Of a DNA stretch of 12,317 bases, positions 1 through 8,479 are shown piece after piece. The position numbers and the translations under genes were made by a program. Below the pieces are notes generated by a model. That model did not search any database. It was not told the origin of the DNA and saw nothing but the letters and a program-made list of their open reading frames with translations. Source of the stretch: Candidatus Hadarchaeota archaeon (GTDB lineage Archaea; CAYQAE01; CAYVLA01). Position 1 is the first letter of the stretch; each line of letters starts with the position of its first letter. The stretch lies in NCBI GenBank assembly GCA_964452145.1, contig CAYVLA010000094.1, positions 1 through 12,317 on the forward strand. The letters run 5' to 3'.

Positions 1-1
1 G

Positions 2-1111
2 TTCCTGGTCTTGTTCTTGGTGGTTCTTCATCTGGATGGCAGCCAACCTTTCTACACAGGCATCACAAGGATCAAGGGTCTGATCAGAAGGCTTGGAGTC
101 TTTCCGGGGAGTCGCAGACCAGGGTCTGCCGGAGGCGACGAGATCGGGGGGTCTGGAGGGCGAGCTCGCATGGTCGGGCATGAGGCTTACAAGGTCTGTC
201 GGTGCGGTGCGCGGAATGCGGTTGAGGCACCGATGTGTGTGGAGTGTGGCAGGCAGCTCAGGATTCCTGCAAAGGAGGAAGCACCGGACCTATCGATCCG
301 GGGGAGAATCTCTCGGCTCGGATTGGTCCTGGGTGTTGTGGGTTTGGGCATCTTCTGGGTTACACCGGTGATCTGGGGTGTCGAGCCCCATGGTCTCCTT
401 GTCCCTGTACGAAGTATCTTCTCGGTTCTGTCTCCTGCGGTACCCTTCAGTCCATGGTCGTACGTGCCTTTCGTGCTCGTCTTCGTGGGGCTGTCTCTTA
501 TCTATCTGGAGAGCAGGGCCTTGCTTGGCGCCGGGGTCATTCTCCTATCTTCAGTTGCTACAGGCTGGCTGGTTGCTCGAGGCGAGTCGGTATCCCTGCT
601 CCCCTTGGCGCTGGTCACAGTGTCTGGGGCCCTTGAGCTGGTGCAGAAAGCCCGACAGATGCAGCTCAGTCTTCTCTCCAGGGGTGGGCGTGTTTATCTG
701 GCTGGTCTGGCGGTGCTTCTTTCTCTGGTAGTGGTGGCCTGTGTCTATCTGTACACGCCCAGGGTTGATGCCTTTCTTGGTGACTACGGGTACAGAGAGG
801 CAGAGCGAGTCCTCGCCGAGGGTGTGGCCAATGTCACGCTCTTGGTGGGTAACAAGGGCATGGTGAAGGTGATCGGGCTTGAGGCGGTTGTGTGGGTGGA
901 TCCGCCCTGTATCCTTAAGATCCAGGACGCTACGAGGCTTGCGTCGGGAGAGTTCAGCTACAGATGTCAGGCACTTCCACCGGGAACCTTCGCCTCCCTG
1001 CTCTTGGAGGTTGAATGCCCAGACCCGACCATAGGATCTACCGTCATCCACGTGAACCTGCTACACCGGGGACTCAAGAAGCGCAAGCTCGTGCTGCGCC
1101 TGGAACGCTGA
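2..1111 (+). CDS. Multi-pass membrane protein with internal zinc ribbon and C-terminal Ig/CARDB-like domain (probably 5'-truncated by the window edge)
   Basis: Frame is open from base 2 (FLVLFLVVLH..., hydrophobic); an alternative start is ATG 170 after GGAGGG. Zinc-ribbon-like CRCGARN...CVECGRQL, about 5-6 hydrophobic helices, then a beta-rich tail (NVTLLVGNKG...LPPGTFASLLLEV). Confidence 0.7.
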   Translation, partial: FLVLFLVVLHLDGSQPFYTGITRIKGLIRRLGVFPGSRRPGSAGGDEIGGSGGRARMVGHEAYKVCRCGARNAVEAPMCVECGRQLRIPAKEEAPDLSIRGRISRLGLVLGVVGLGIFWVTPVIWGVEPHGLLVPVRSIFSVLSPAVPFSPWSYVPFVLVFVGLSLIYLESRALLGAGVILLSSVATGWLVARGESVSLLPLALVTVSGALELVQKARQMQLSLLSRGGRVYLAGLAVLLSLVVVACVYLYTPRVDAFLGDYGYREAERVLAEGVANVTLLVGNKGMVKVIGLEAVVWVDPPCILKIQDATRLASGEFSYRCQALPPGTFASLLLEVECPDPTIGSTVIHVNLLHRGLKKRKLVLRLER

Positions 1112-1549
1112 GACGTTGAGACCCAAGGGGGGGATCCGGTCTGCATCTAAGGATGCGAGCAGATTGATGCCTCCAGCAAAGGTGGCGATGTCGCGCTCAA
1201 CGACAGCAGGGAGGATGCACGAGAGGATCACTAGCGCGCCTCGCAGTGCAAGGCCGGCAGCGGACACTGCGATTCGCAAACGATCCTGATTACCCTAGCG
1301 ATGGTACTGCCTTCTTGCGTTTTGATTTCTAGCATCTTGTTACAGGAGAAATCTTGAGAAGGGTACTATGTGTGGCACAAGTAGCTGTCGAATGTGCTCC
1401 TGTATAGCATTGATCCCAAAGACCACACATTCTTAGTGCGATCTAACAACCTGCTTGCCCCATCTCGGTGAAACACAGAAAAATGTCTAAGGAGCTCTAG
1501 CTTGTCCTCTGAGACACACAGTTCCTGATAGCAGATATAAGGCACCAAG

Positions 1550-3490
1550 GTGGGCAGATGCGGGGATGGTGTGAAGGCATTTCTCGTCGTCACTGTCGTC
1601 ACCGCCTTGCTGCTTCTGGCCCTACTGATTCTGGGAGTTGCCCCATCACAACGTCTGCTCTGGCAAGAAACGTATCGCATGGGGTATCGAGATGAGTCTT
1701 CCGCTATCACCAACTGCCCAGACGGCGGATTCATCGTCGTTGGCGACAGGCTCTCCGCCGACCGCGGAGATGATATACTCGCCTTCAAGGTGAACAGCAA
1801 AGGCAGGATTGTCTGGAACAGGACCTATGGCGGTGCGGGCAGGGACCAAGCCTGCGGTGTTCTGGAGTGTGACGAGGGCTACCTGATCGCGGGAACGACT
1901 ACGTCCTTCGGACCACACGGTCAGATCTACCTGGTCAGAATCGATGAACACGGAACCATGCTCTGGAACAGGACCTACGAAGGAGGCTGGCATGGCTGTC
2001 GCGCTACCGCCATTGCACGCATCGAAAGCGGTTTCATAGTAGCTGGCGTGACATCCGGCGATATCTATCTGCTAAGGATAGATGCCGAAGCCAGCCCAGT
2101 CTGGAACAGAACGTATCGAGGCCCCGACCAAGAAATAGCCCATGATGTCCTGCCATGCACCGACGGCGGTTTCCTGGTCACCGGCGAAAGCCTGGGCCTG
2201 GGAGACATCTACGTCCTCAAACTGGACGCGCAAGGCAACAAGACCTGGGAGACAAGACCCGGAACCGGTTACTTCGATCGTGGATACTCGGCCGCGGAGG
2301 ACCCAGATGGCGGATATCTCATCGTGGGGGAGACCCTCGTCTTGGGCGGGCTTCACTACGAGATGTATCTGGTCAAGATTGATCCTCTCGGCCAGGTGAT
2401 CTGGAACAGAACCAAGAAAAGGGGCTGGGACTGCCGCGGGCACGACATTCTGCCGTGTCAAGACGGAGGCTTCTACGTAGCAGGCTCGGAAGGCCTTGAC
2501 CTTGTTCTATACAGGGTGAATGAGAGGGGAGAAACTACGTGGCGGCGAAGATTCAGAGGCAAGTGCTGGTGTCCTCCTACTGCTGTCGGAACCGAGGAAG
2601 GCGGCCTTGCAGTGGCAAGCACGATGAAGCCGTATGGGTTTGGTTTCTGCATCCATCTGGTCAGAATGACCCGTGGGCGCGCCAGCTTCCTCTACCGTCT
2701 TCTCCCCCTCATACTGACCGTGGTGGCAATTCTCCCAGCAACCATCATTATCCATAGGAAGGGTTGGTTGGCTGGTGCCTTGTCTTGGGCAACAGCCCCG
2801 AAGCAGCCGATTCGCCCTGTACCACGGACGGCTGATGCAATGGTCGCGGTCCCCGAGTCTTCGGTGGCTAGGATCAAGGCGCTGTTTCTGGAGATCGTGG
2901 GTTTCTTCGTGCCGATCTTCCAGTTCATTCCAGCGGTCGGAATCTACGCGGGGATCATGAGCCTGCCGCTGATCGCCTACTTCCTCAGCTACAGTCTTCT
3001 TCCCGACCTATGGCGCCAGATACAGTTCATGTTTCTGGACTTCCGCTTCATGTTCTGGCAACCGGTATGGGAGGTACCTCTGCGAACCCTCCTCCCCATA
3101 CTGTTGCGCAAGTCGCTTGTCTTGGGGGGACTGGCTTTCCTTTTGGTCTCAGTTGCCTACCGCCTCAGGCACAGAAGAGGATTGGTGACCACCGGGCCAT
3201 ACAGACTTGTCAGGCACCCCCAGTATCTCGGCATCATCGCCATGACCTTTGGCATGAACCTCTTCATCCTTGACACAAACCCAATATTCCCTATCGGGCC
3301 CAGCACAACTCTGGAGTTCGAAACCTCCTTCATCTTGTATGTCTGGGTTGCACAGGTCATCGCCTACCTCATACTCGGAAAGATAGAGGACTGGCACCTG
3401 ACCAAGACGTTCGGACCCAGTCATCAGCAATACAAAGAATCGGTCCCGTTCATCATCCCCTTCCTAAGACTGCCAAACCCGCCGAGGTAG
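1550..3490 (+). CDS. Beta-propeller repeat protein fused to a C-terminal isoprenylcysteine carboxyl methyltransferase / phospholipid methyltransferase (ICMT/PEMT/Ste14) family domain
   Basis: 646-aa ORF (start GTG 1550 or 1571). N-terminal signal/TM segment, seven ~50-aa WNRTY(GG)...DGGF(I/L)V(V/A/T)G...DIY(L/V)(L/V)(R/K)(I/L)D..G repeats, TM helices, then the ICMT signature GLVTTGPYRLVRHPQYLG and IEDWHL..TFG....YKESVPFIIP. Confidence 0.85.
   Translation: MGRCGDGVKAFLVVTVVTALLLLALLILGVAPSQRLLWQETYRMGYRDESSAITNCPDGGFIVVGDRLSADRGDDILAFKVNSKGRIVWNRTYGGAGRDQACGVLECDEGYLIAGTTTSFGPHGQIYLVRIDEHGTMLWNRTYEGGWHGCRATAIARIESGFIVAGVTSGDIYLLRIDAEASPVWNRTYRGPDQEIAHDVLPCTDGGFLVTGESLGLGDIYVLKLDAQGNKTWETRPGTGYFDRGYSAAEDPDGGYLIVGETLVLGGLHYEMYLVKIDPLGQVIWNRTKKRGWDCRGHDILPCQDGGFYVAGSEGLDLVLYRVNERGETTWRRRFRGKCWCPPTAVGTEEGGLAVASTMKPYGFGFCIHLVRMTRGRASFLYRLLPLILTVVAILPATIIIHRKGWLAGALSWATAPKQPIRPVPRTADAMVAVPESSVARIKALFLEIVGFFVPIFQFIPAVGIYAGIMSLPLIAYFLSYSLLPDLWRQIQFMFLDFRFMFWQPVWEVPLRTLLPILLRKSLVLGGLAFLLVSVAYRLRHRRGLVTTGPYRLVRHPQYLGIIAMTFGMNLFILDTNPIFPIGPSTTLEFETSFILYVWVAQVIAYLILGKIEDWHLTKTFGPSHQQYKESVPFIIPFLRLPNPPR
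1661..2670 (+). repeat. Seven intragenic beta-propeller blade repeats (~150 bp period)
   Basis: Blade starts WQETY, WNRTY, WNRTY, WNRTY, WETRP, WNRTK, WRRRF; the DNA motif CTGGAACAG recurs at about 1813, 1963, 2101 and 2401. Confidence 0.8.
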
Positions 3491-3555
3491 ATCCCCGCGA
3501 CGAAGGCTGGAATCCACACAGTTTTCGCTCTGACCCTCTCCGGGTTGCCAGCGCA

Positions 3556-3599
3556 TGTGGCTTCCCCTTTGCACAGGTGCAAAGTGGGATCACCCCACA
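3556..3599. terminator. Stem-loop between convergent genes (possible terminator, processing site or operator)
   Basis: Core palindrome CTTTGCAC-AG-GTGCAAAG, flanked by TCCC/GGGA and TGTGG/CCACA pairings; no clear U-tract. Confidence 0.4.
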
Positions 3600-3747
3600 G
3601 ACCCCAGAGGAGTAGCGTTAACTCATTCTAAGCATTGACCGGGAGCATTGGTCGGGAGGGATGATGAATCCACGCAAGCGTCAGTTCTCAGGCCCATCAG
3701 GAAGCACCCGGCCAGAAACCATCAACATAACTCACGCACAGATGATC

Positions 3748-4755
3748 TTACAGATGCGGTGGGCTTCCTAGGAGGAGATAGGCTATCATATGTACAGTCC
3801 GGAATCCGAGCTTCTCGTACACTCTTCTCGCAGCCAAGTTGTCACAGTCCACGCCAAGAGCCGCCTTTCCGGCCCCGAGCTCTCTGAGTCTTCCCAGCGA
3901 CCATGATAGCATGTAGGTTCCAATGCCCTTTCCTCTCTCCTCAGGCATCACAGCGAACTCCGTGACATCTGCAGTCACCCTGTCCCTCTTCAGGCCGCAC
4001 AGAATGACACCCACCGGGTGATCCCTGCTGTAGGCTGCATACCAGTTGTCAAAAGGATCTATGGCAAAGGATCTACGCATCTCGAGAAGTTCCTCCTCAT
4101 AATCCTCGATTCCTGTCCTGCCCCTATCCTGTCTTTCGTGGCTAAGCCCGGTAACGGTGGACTGTCTATAGGACTCCATGTAGACCTGTGTGAACTGGCG
4201 CATTCCCAGGTCTCTTGCAGGCATCATCTTCACGGGTCTACCCCTCAATGAGCCGATCCGGGAGATGTCTGCTACCATCTCAAGCCTGGGATGCCCATGA
4301 TCGAAGAAAAAGCCGTTCTTTCGGTAGAACTCGATGTAGGGCCTGATCTCCACCTCTCTCCCATGAAGCTTGGATACGATTCGTCTTACACGCCCTTCTC
4401 GGAGCTCTCTCACGCACCAAGAAAGGAGCGCGCTCCCCAGTCCCCTCCTCTGGCGGCTCCTCAGGACTCTGGGAAAGAATCCCTCAATGCACAGATCCTG
4501 TCCACGCCTCTTGACATGCATCCCTGCAACAAGGCCGTCCTCGTCGTCTGGTATGCCCAGGAAAACCTGGTCGGATTCCCTGATGGACCTGGCAATGTCC
4601 TCATGCTCTATCCATGGTCTAGGGCAGTGGTAGAGGCATTCGTCCATGGGCCCGTAGGTCGACATGAAGTCCTCGAGCCACTGCTTCCTCAGTCCCCCCC
4701 AACGAGGGACATCATCCATGCCAAGAGTCAGAACCTCTGTCTTCACGTCACACAT
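3748..4755 (-). CDS. Tandem (two-domain) GNAT family N-acetyltransferase
   Basis: Two acetyl-CoA binding motif A copies (RSRQRRGLGSALL and MPEERGKGIGTYML) and two C-terminal motifs (IEFYRKNGF and DNLAARRVYEKLGF). Start ATG 4755 or GTG 4746 after GAGGAGAGG. Confidence 0.9.
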   Translation of the reverse strand: MCDVKTEVLTLGMDDVPRWGGLRKQWLEDFMSTYGPMDECLYHCPRPWIEHEDIARSIRESDQVFLGIPDDEDGLVAGMHVKRRGQDLCIEGFFPRVLRSRQRRGLGSALLSWCVRELREGRVRRIVSKLHGREVEIRPYIEFYRKNGFFFDHGHPRLEMVADISRIGSLRGRPVKMMPARDLGMRQFTQVYMESYRQSTVTGLSHERQDRGRTGIEDYEEELLEMRRSFAIDPFDNWYAAYSRDHPVGVILCGLKRDRVTADVTEFAVMPEERGKGIGTYMLSWSLGRLRELGAGKAALGVDCDNLAARRVYEKLGFRTVHMIAYLLLGSPPHL

Positions 4756-4853
4756 CCTCTCCTCGACAACAGGCAGGGAGACAGAGATCAAGGGTCAAGG
4801 GTCAACACTGCGATCTGCACCTGGAGCCAAGCACACAGGAGGAGACGGAGGTA

Positions 4854-4949
4854 TCATCCTGCAGGAGGCAACCGAGCGCCATGATCACTAATCCGGTCTC
4901 GGGAACCGAAGAAGCCTCCACGAACCAGACATCTGATGCATCTACCCAT
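4854..4949 (-). CDS. Putative 31-aa small protein or leader peptide with CxxC (MGRCIRCLVRGGFFGS...)
   Basis: Perfect SD GGAGGTGA (4958-4965) 8 nt before ATG 4949; TATA-like TTTATG at 4999-5004 on the minus strand. Confidence 0.35.
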   Translation of the reverse strand: MGRCIRCLVRGGFFGSRDRISDHGARLPPAG

Positions 4950-5365
4950 GATCTCGGTCACCTCCCACACGTTGACACCAGACACATGAAGACAGGTCCA
5001 TAAATTGGTTACCCTCCCCAACTTACGACTCACCCATCTAGGCAACTCTCTCGCCCCCATCTAGGACCGGTGTTCCCCGTCATGCCCCTGTTTGCGGAAA
5101 TCCAAGTGGTCAGATCTTTCAAGGCCTGGACAATGTCAGAGATAATGCCTGCAAGGCTACGATGACCAAAACGTGCGCGGGGGCCGCGCAAGCCACCTTT
5201 AACAGCAAATAAGGATCTCGATCCGATACGGAAAGGGGCATGAACCGAGTCCTACGTAGTGCGGCGGGCCCTCGCCTCGAACCATCGGCCCATAAGGTGA
5301 ACGGAGGCCAAACCACACGACCACGCAGAACTCGTCGGGCTTGCGTCGCCAGTACCGTGCGATAC

Positions 5366-5584
5366 TCAACTCGCTCTACGGGTCCCATGTGCCTCGAAGG
5401 CAGCAACCGACGCCTTGAGTTTCTCCATCTCCTCCTGCAGACATGAGTTCTCTTCGCGCAGACATGAGTTCTCTTCGCGCAGACGTGAATTCCCCTCTTT
5501 GAGTTCCCTTATCCTCTTCTTCATCCTGATGACATTAGCCACATGGGCTGCCATGCTCTCCTCTTCGTCTGCTTTTCCTGACAT
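5366..5584 (-). CDS. Small (72 aa) coiled-coil protein with heptad tandem repeat
   Basis: ATG 5584 preceded by GGAGG and a TATA-like GAAATATGCTTAAG about 40 bp upstream; sequence LKEGNSR-LREENSC-LREENSC-LQEEMEK-L has Leu every 7 residues. Confidence 0.55.
   Translation of the reverse strand: MSGKADEEESMAAHVANVIRMKKRIRELKEGNSRLREENSCLREENSCLQEEMEKLKASVAAFEAHGTRRAS
5437..5499. repeat. 21-bp tandem repeat (2 perfect + 1 degenerate copies)
   Basis: GCAGACATGAGTTCTCTTCGC at 5437 and 5458; GCAGACGTGAATTCCCCTCTT at 5479. Confidence 0.9.
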
Positions 5585-5827
5585 CTTGCCTCCTTCCAGA
5601 CAGCAACCCCCGAGCGGCTGATCCTTAAGCATATTTCGGACTCGGTCGTGTACCCGCTCCATATCCTCATGAACTGCATTCCCCTGCGGCTGCAACTCGC
5701 CTCCTCTTGGCTGGTGGATCGCTCTCAACTCCAGTGATCCGGGGTGATCTCATCTACCTCGCTGTGTTTATGGCTGTCGCACTCCCTTTCGGGGCAGCCG
5801 GATTGGAGATCCGGATAGCGGGGCCAT

Positions 5828-6955
5828 CTAGTCTTTCTGGGCTAGTAGTATGAAGTCGTTCTTCACATATCTCCGGTGAACAGGATGAAGACGGCACTCG
5901 AGTATGTTGAAGCCAATACTATGGAGCTGATCCTTAAGGTGGTCAAGGTTGACGAACAGGTCTGCTTCCTCTAGGAACTCTCCGAAGGCTCTTTCATCAA
6001 GTTGGGGCAGGTGTTCGGCAACATACTCTAGGGATTCCCGAGAGAGCCGCTCAGTCAGATACTTGATGATCTCGGAGACCCTGCTCGGAGGCACGTAGCC
6101 ATCCTTATCAGTGTCGTGGAACGAAAGCTGGAACTTGCCATGTTTCTCTAGAACCCGATGAGCTTCGCACAGAACGTCTCCGATTCCGCAGATCTCTCCC
6201 AAACTGTGGTAGGTGGTTGTCAGGTCGAAGGATTCGTCCCTGAAGGGGAGCCGCCTGGCATCCCCACCTACAGTCTCGACTTGGAGACCGCGCTTGCTCT
6301 TGATAGTGGCAACATGGTCGGCCCGGTGCTGTATCTGCCAGAGAGGAGACACGGTCTTCTCCACAGCAACCGCCCTATCGATGCCCTCTATGTGGGCTAG
6401 GATGCGCGCGAAGGCAAAACCACCACCGCTAGCCAGATCCAACCAACGCCGGGGTTTAGCATTGATGACCCGTGCAGCAAACTCGTCGAGTATTGGTCTC
6501 CCCGCTTCGGGTATCGGAGCCAGCGGTTCTTCGAGCATCTTCTTCCTGATCTCTCCGGTGAATGCTTCTCCACTTCTTGTCCGCTCCGCTTTCTGTCGAA
6601 GTCTTTCCAAGGTTCTTATCCATTCCTCTCGGCTGTAGATCGTCCACGGACGAGATCTCCAACGCACCAGGGTCTTGAGCGACATCCCATTGCGACACTG
6701 TTCTCCCAGCCAAGCCATCGACTCGGTGTCACTTCGGGTAGGACCCTGCCAGCCAACTGCCTGATCTATAGATGAGTACCATTCCTCGACACCCCAGGGC
6801 ACTAAGATGGGCCTGTCCAGAAAGATCGGGTACTCAGCCTCGCAGACAAAGCAGCGAAGCCATGAGTAGCCAGCGTTGTTGTGCTGAGGCCCCTCCCTCA
6901 CAAGACCGCCATGACAGACAGGGCAGATCAGGACATCTAGGATCCAGTCTCTCAT
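5828..6955 (-). CDS. Class I SAM-dependent methyltransferase with N-terminal Trm112-like zinc-binding domain
   Basis: N-terminus ILDVLICPVCHGGL...LRCFVCEAEYPIFLDRPILV (Trm112 pattern); motif I WLDLASGGGF; acidic AVAVE; GDARRLPFRDESFDL; EAHRVLEKHGKF. Confidence 0.88.
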   Translation of the reverse strand: MRDWILDVLICPVCHGGLVREGPQHNNAGYSWLRCFVCEAEYPIFLDRPILVPWGVEEWYSSIDQAVGWQGPTRSDTESMAWLGEQCRNGMSLKTLVRWRSRPWTIYSREEWIRTLERLRQKAERTRSGEAFTGEIRKKMLEEPLAPIPEAGRPILDEFAARVINAKPRRWLDLASGGGFAFARILAHIEGIDRAVAVEKTVSPLWQIQHRADHVATIKSKRGLQVETVGGDARRLPFRDESFDLTTTYHSLGEICGIGDVLCEAHRVLEKHGKFQLSFHDTDKDGYVPPSRVSEIIKYLTERLSRESLEYVAEHLPQLDERAFGEFLEEADLFVNLDHLKDQLHSIGFNILECRLHPVHRRYVKNDFILLAQKD

Positions 6956-7085
6956 GCGAGAGGAGTCCTGGCTACCGCTGATAAGGATGGAGAGGACTTG
7001 ATACCCGGTGTTTGGAGAAGTCGCGGGGGGATCGCTCCTTGTTCGAGAAGCAGATTTATCAGTAGAACACCTAATAGTACCGCGG

Positions 7086-7289
7086 AAGGGTGTTTGGGTG
7101 GGTCGTCAAGGCTGGGTTTCCCTCCACGATGTTTAGGATCCTTAGAGAGGTCGCTAGTCAGAAACTTGGGGGTACCTGCTCGAACGATCTGGCCAGAGCT
7201 ATCCAGAGAAAAGATCATCCAAAGATACTCTCATTGGCCACGCTTCGTGAGGGCCGGGCATGGCGCGCCACCCTCTTTCAGACACCCTT
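7086..7289. other. 204-bp element with complementary ends (MITE-like remnant or structured ncRNA)
   Basis: AAGGGTGTTTG (7086-7096) and CAGACACCCTT (7279-7289) form a 10/11 inverted repeat; internal stems are present; TATA-like TTTATC at 7055-7060. Confidence 0.35.
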
Positions 7290-7399
7290 ATCTGGAGCTA
7301 ACGATGAGGATCAGGTGTTGGGCTTTGGCTGAGATTCTCCCTTGAGGCCTCGAGGCAAACTGTCCGTAGGCGGCAAGCGGATCGAATCCTCCGGGCAAG

Positions 7400-8217
7400 T
7401 CAGATTGAGCGAGCCAGCCACTGAAGCACCTCCTTGAGCATCCTGAAGGCCTCTTCGTCCTCCACCTTCTTCTGGTACCATCGTTTCCACTCTCCCGACT
7501 TTCTCTTGGGTGCATGGGTCCTCATCCTGAGTTCGGCCGCTATCGTCTCTGGAAGGTCTGTGCAGTCGAAGAGGCAGGATCCGGATTCGGAGAACTGGAT
7601 CGGCGTGGGCGCCCCGATACCCCTGCTTAACCAGTTCCTGACGTGAAACCCGACAGTGGCCTTCTTCCGAGCTTTGCCCGGGGCCATGATGAACTCATCA
7701 GACCCCTCGCATATCCCGATCAGTTCCTTGACCCAGCCGCACCTTTTCTCCCCCACGTTATCCTTCAGCTTGTGGAGGAACGCCTCCATGCTCCATTCTC
7801 CCGGTCCGCGGGGCCTTGATCCCTTCAGAACCAGGCTAAGCTTCTTCTCGTTCGCGATCCCCGAAAGCTCTAGCACCTCAATGGTCTTCTCGATCCCTGA
7901 GGCTTTCCCTCTCCCTTTGACCGTCAACGAGCTTTCGAGGTCGTTTTCCCAGGACACAATCATGTCGCACTTGGCGAGGCGGGGATCTCTGTCGTGTTTG
8001 TGGTCGAAGAAGTGGCTGCTCTTGGTTTCGAACTCGATCCCGATCGGCTTGCCGTTCCTGATCGCAGTACAATCTGGGAAATCACCGGTGAACGTATCGA
8101 TCGTGAATCCTCGTCAAGGTATTGCAATAGCATTCCGAAGAGGACAATCACTTCGTTCTCGTATTCTGGGCTGTACAGTAAGCCTCTAAACCTCTCGGGT
8201 TTTCCTTCCTCGGTCAA
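7400..8217 (-). pseudogene. PD-(D/E)xK-superfamily endonuclease split by a single frameshift at about 8106-8108
   Basis: TTG 8217 after SD GGGTGA reads MTEEGKPERFRGLLYSPEYENEVIVLFGMLLQYLDED; the -1 frame continues FTIDTFTGDFPDCTAIRNGKPIGIEFETKSSHFFDHKHDRDPRLAKCDMIVSWEND into the 7400..7963 ORF. Adding one T (GAT TTC ACG) restores a 272-aa ORF. Confidence 0.8.
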
Positions 8218-8440
8218 ATCGGTCACCCTACCGGCGTTCCCTCCTGGGATCCTCGCGCAATCTGGTTGGATCTCGGAACCAACAATCCCTTCTTGCATCA
8301 CCCTTCATAAACAGATCGGAACATAGCATAGGCATCATTATGTCCATCTAAGACAGGTTCCCCTTCATTCAGAGCAACTGAAAAATCGACCATACGGTTG
8401 CCTGTATTGAACCGTGGGGACTTGGTTCAAGAATCCGCGG

Positions 8441-8451
8441 GTATTTATGAA
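8441..8451 (+). promoter_or_regulatory. Archaeal TATA-box-like element for a probably leaderless or short-leader transcript
   Basis: TATTTATGAA about 30-35 bp upstream of ATG 8480, which lacks a well-spaced strong SD. Confidence 0.45.
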
Positions 8452-8479
8452 TCGAGGAAGGACTGTAGCATGTTGACAT

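Noticed and set aside
1061..1549. Small minus-strand ORFs in the first intergenic gap
   Set aside because: No SD or recognisable motif, and they overlap better-supported genes.
4291..4884. 197-aa + strand ORF and similar antisense ORFs across the window
   Set aside because: They are shadows of well-supported genes on the opposite strand and have no domain motifs.
5437..5499. Possible CRISPR array
   Set aside because: Repeats are directly adjacent with no spacers and keep a coding heptad frame; no cas genes are present.
7086..7289. RNase P RNA, SRP RNA or tRNA
   Set aside because: No GAGGAAAGUCC, SRP helix-8 motif or cloverleaf/T-loop signature was found.
7960..8301. Independent 113-aa CDS
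   Set aside because: Only its middle part is nuclease-like; the tail after 8108 is the out-of-frame reading of the nuclease core.
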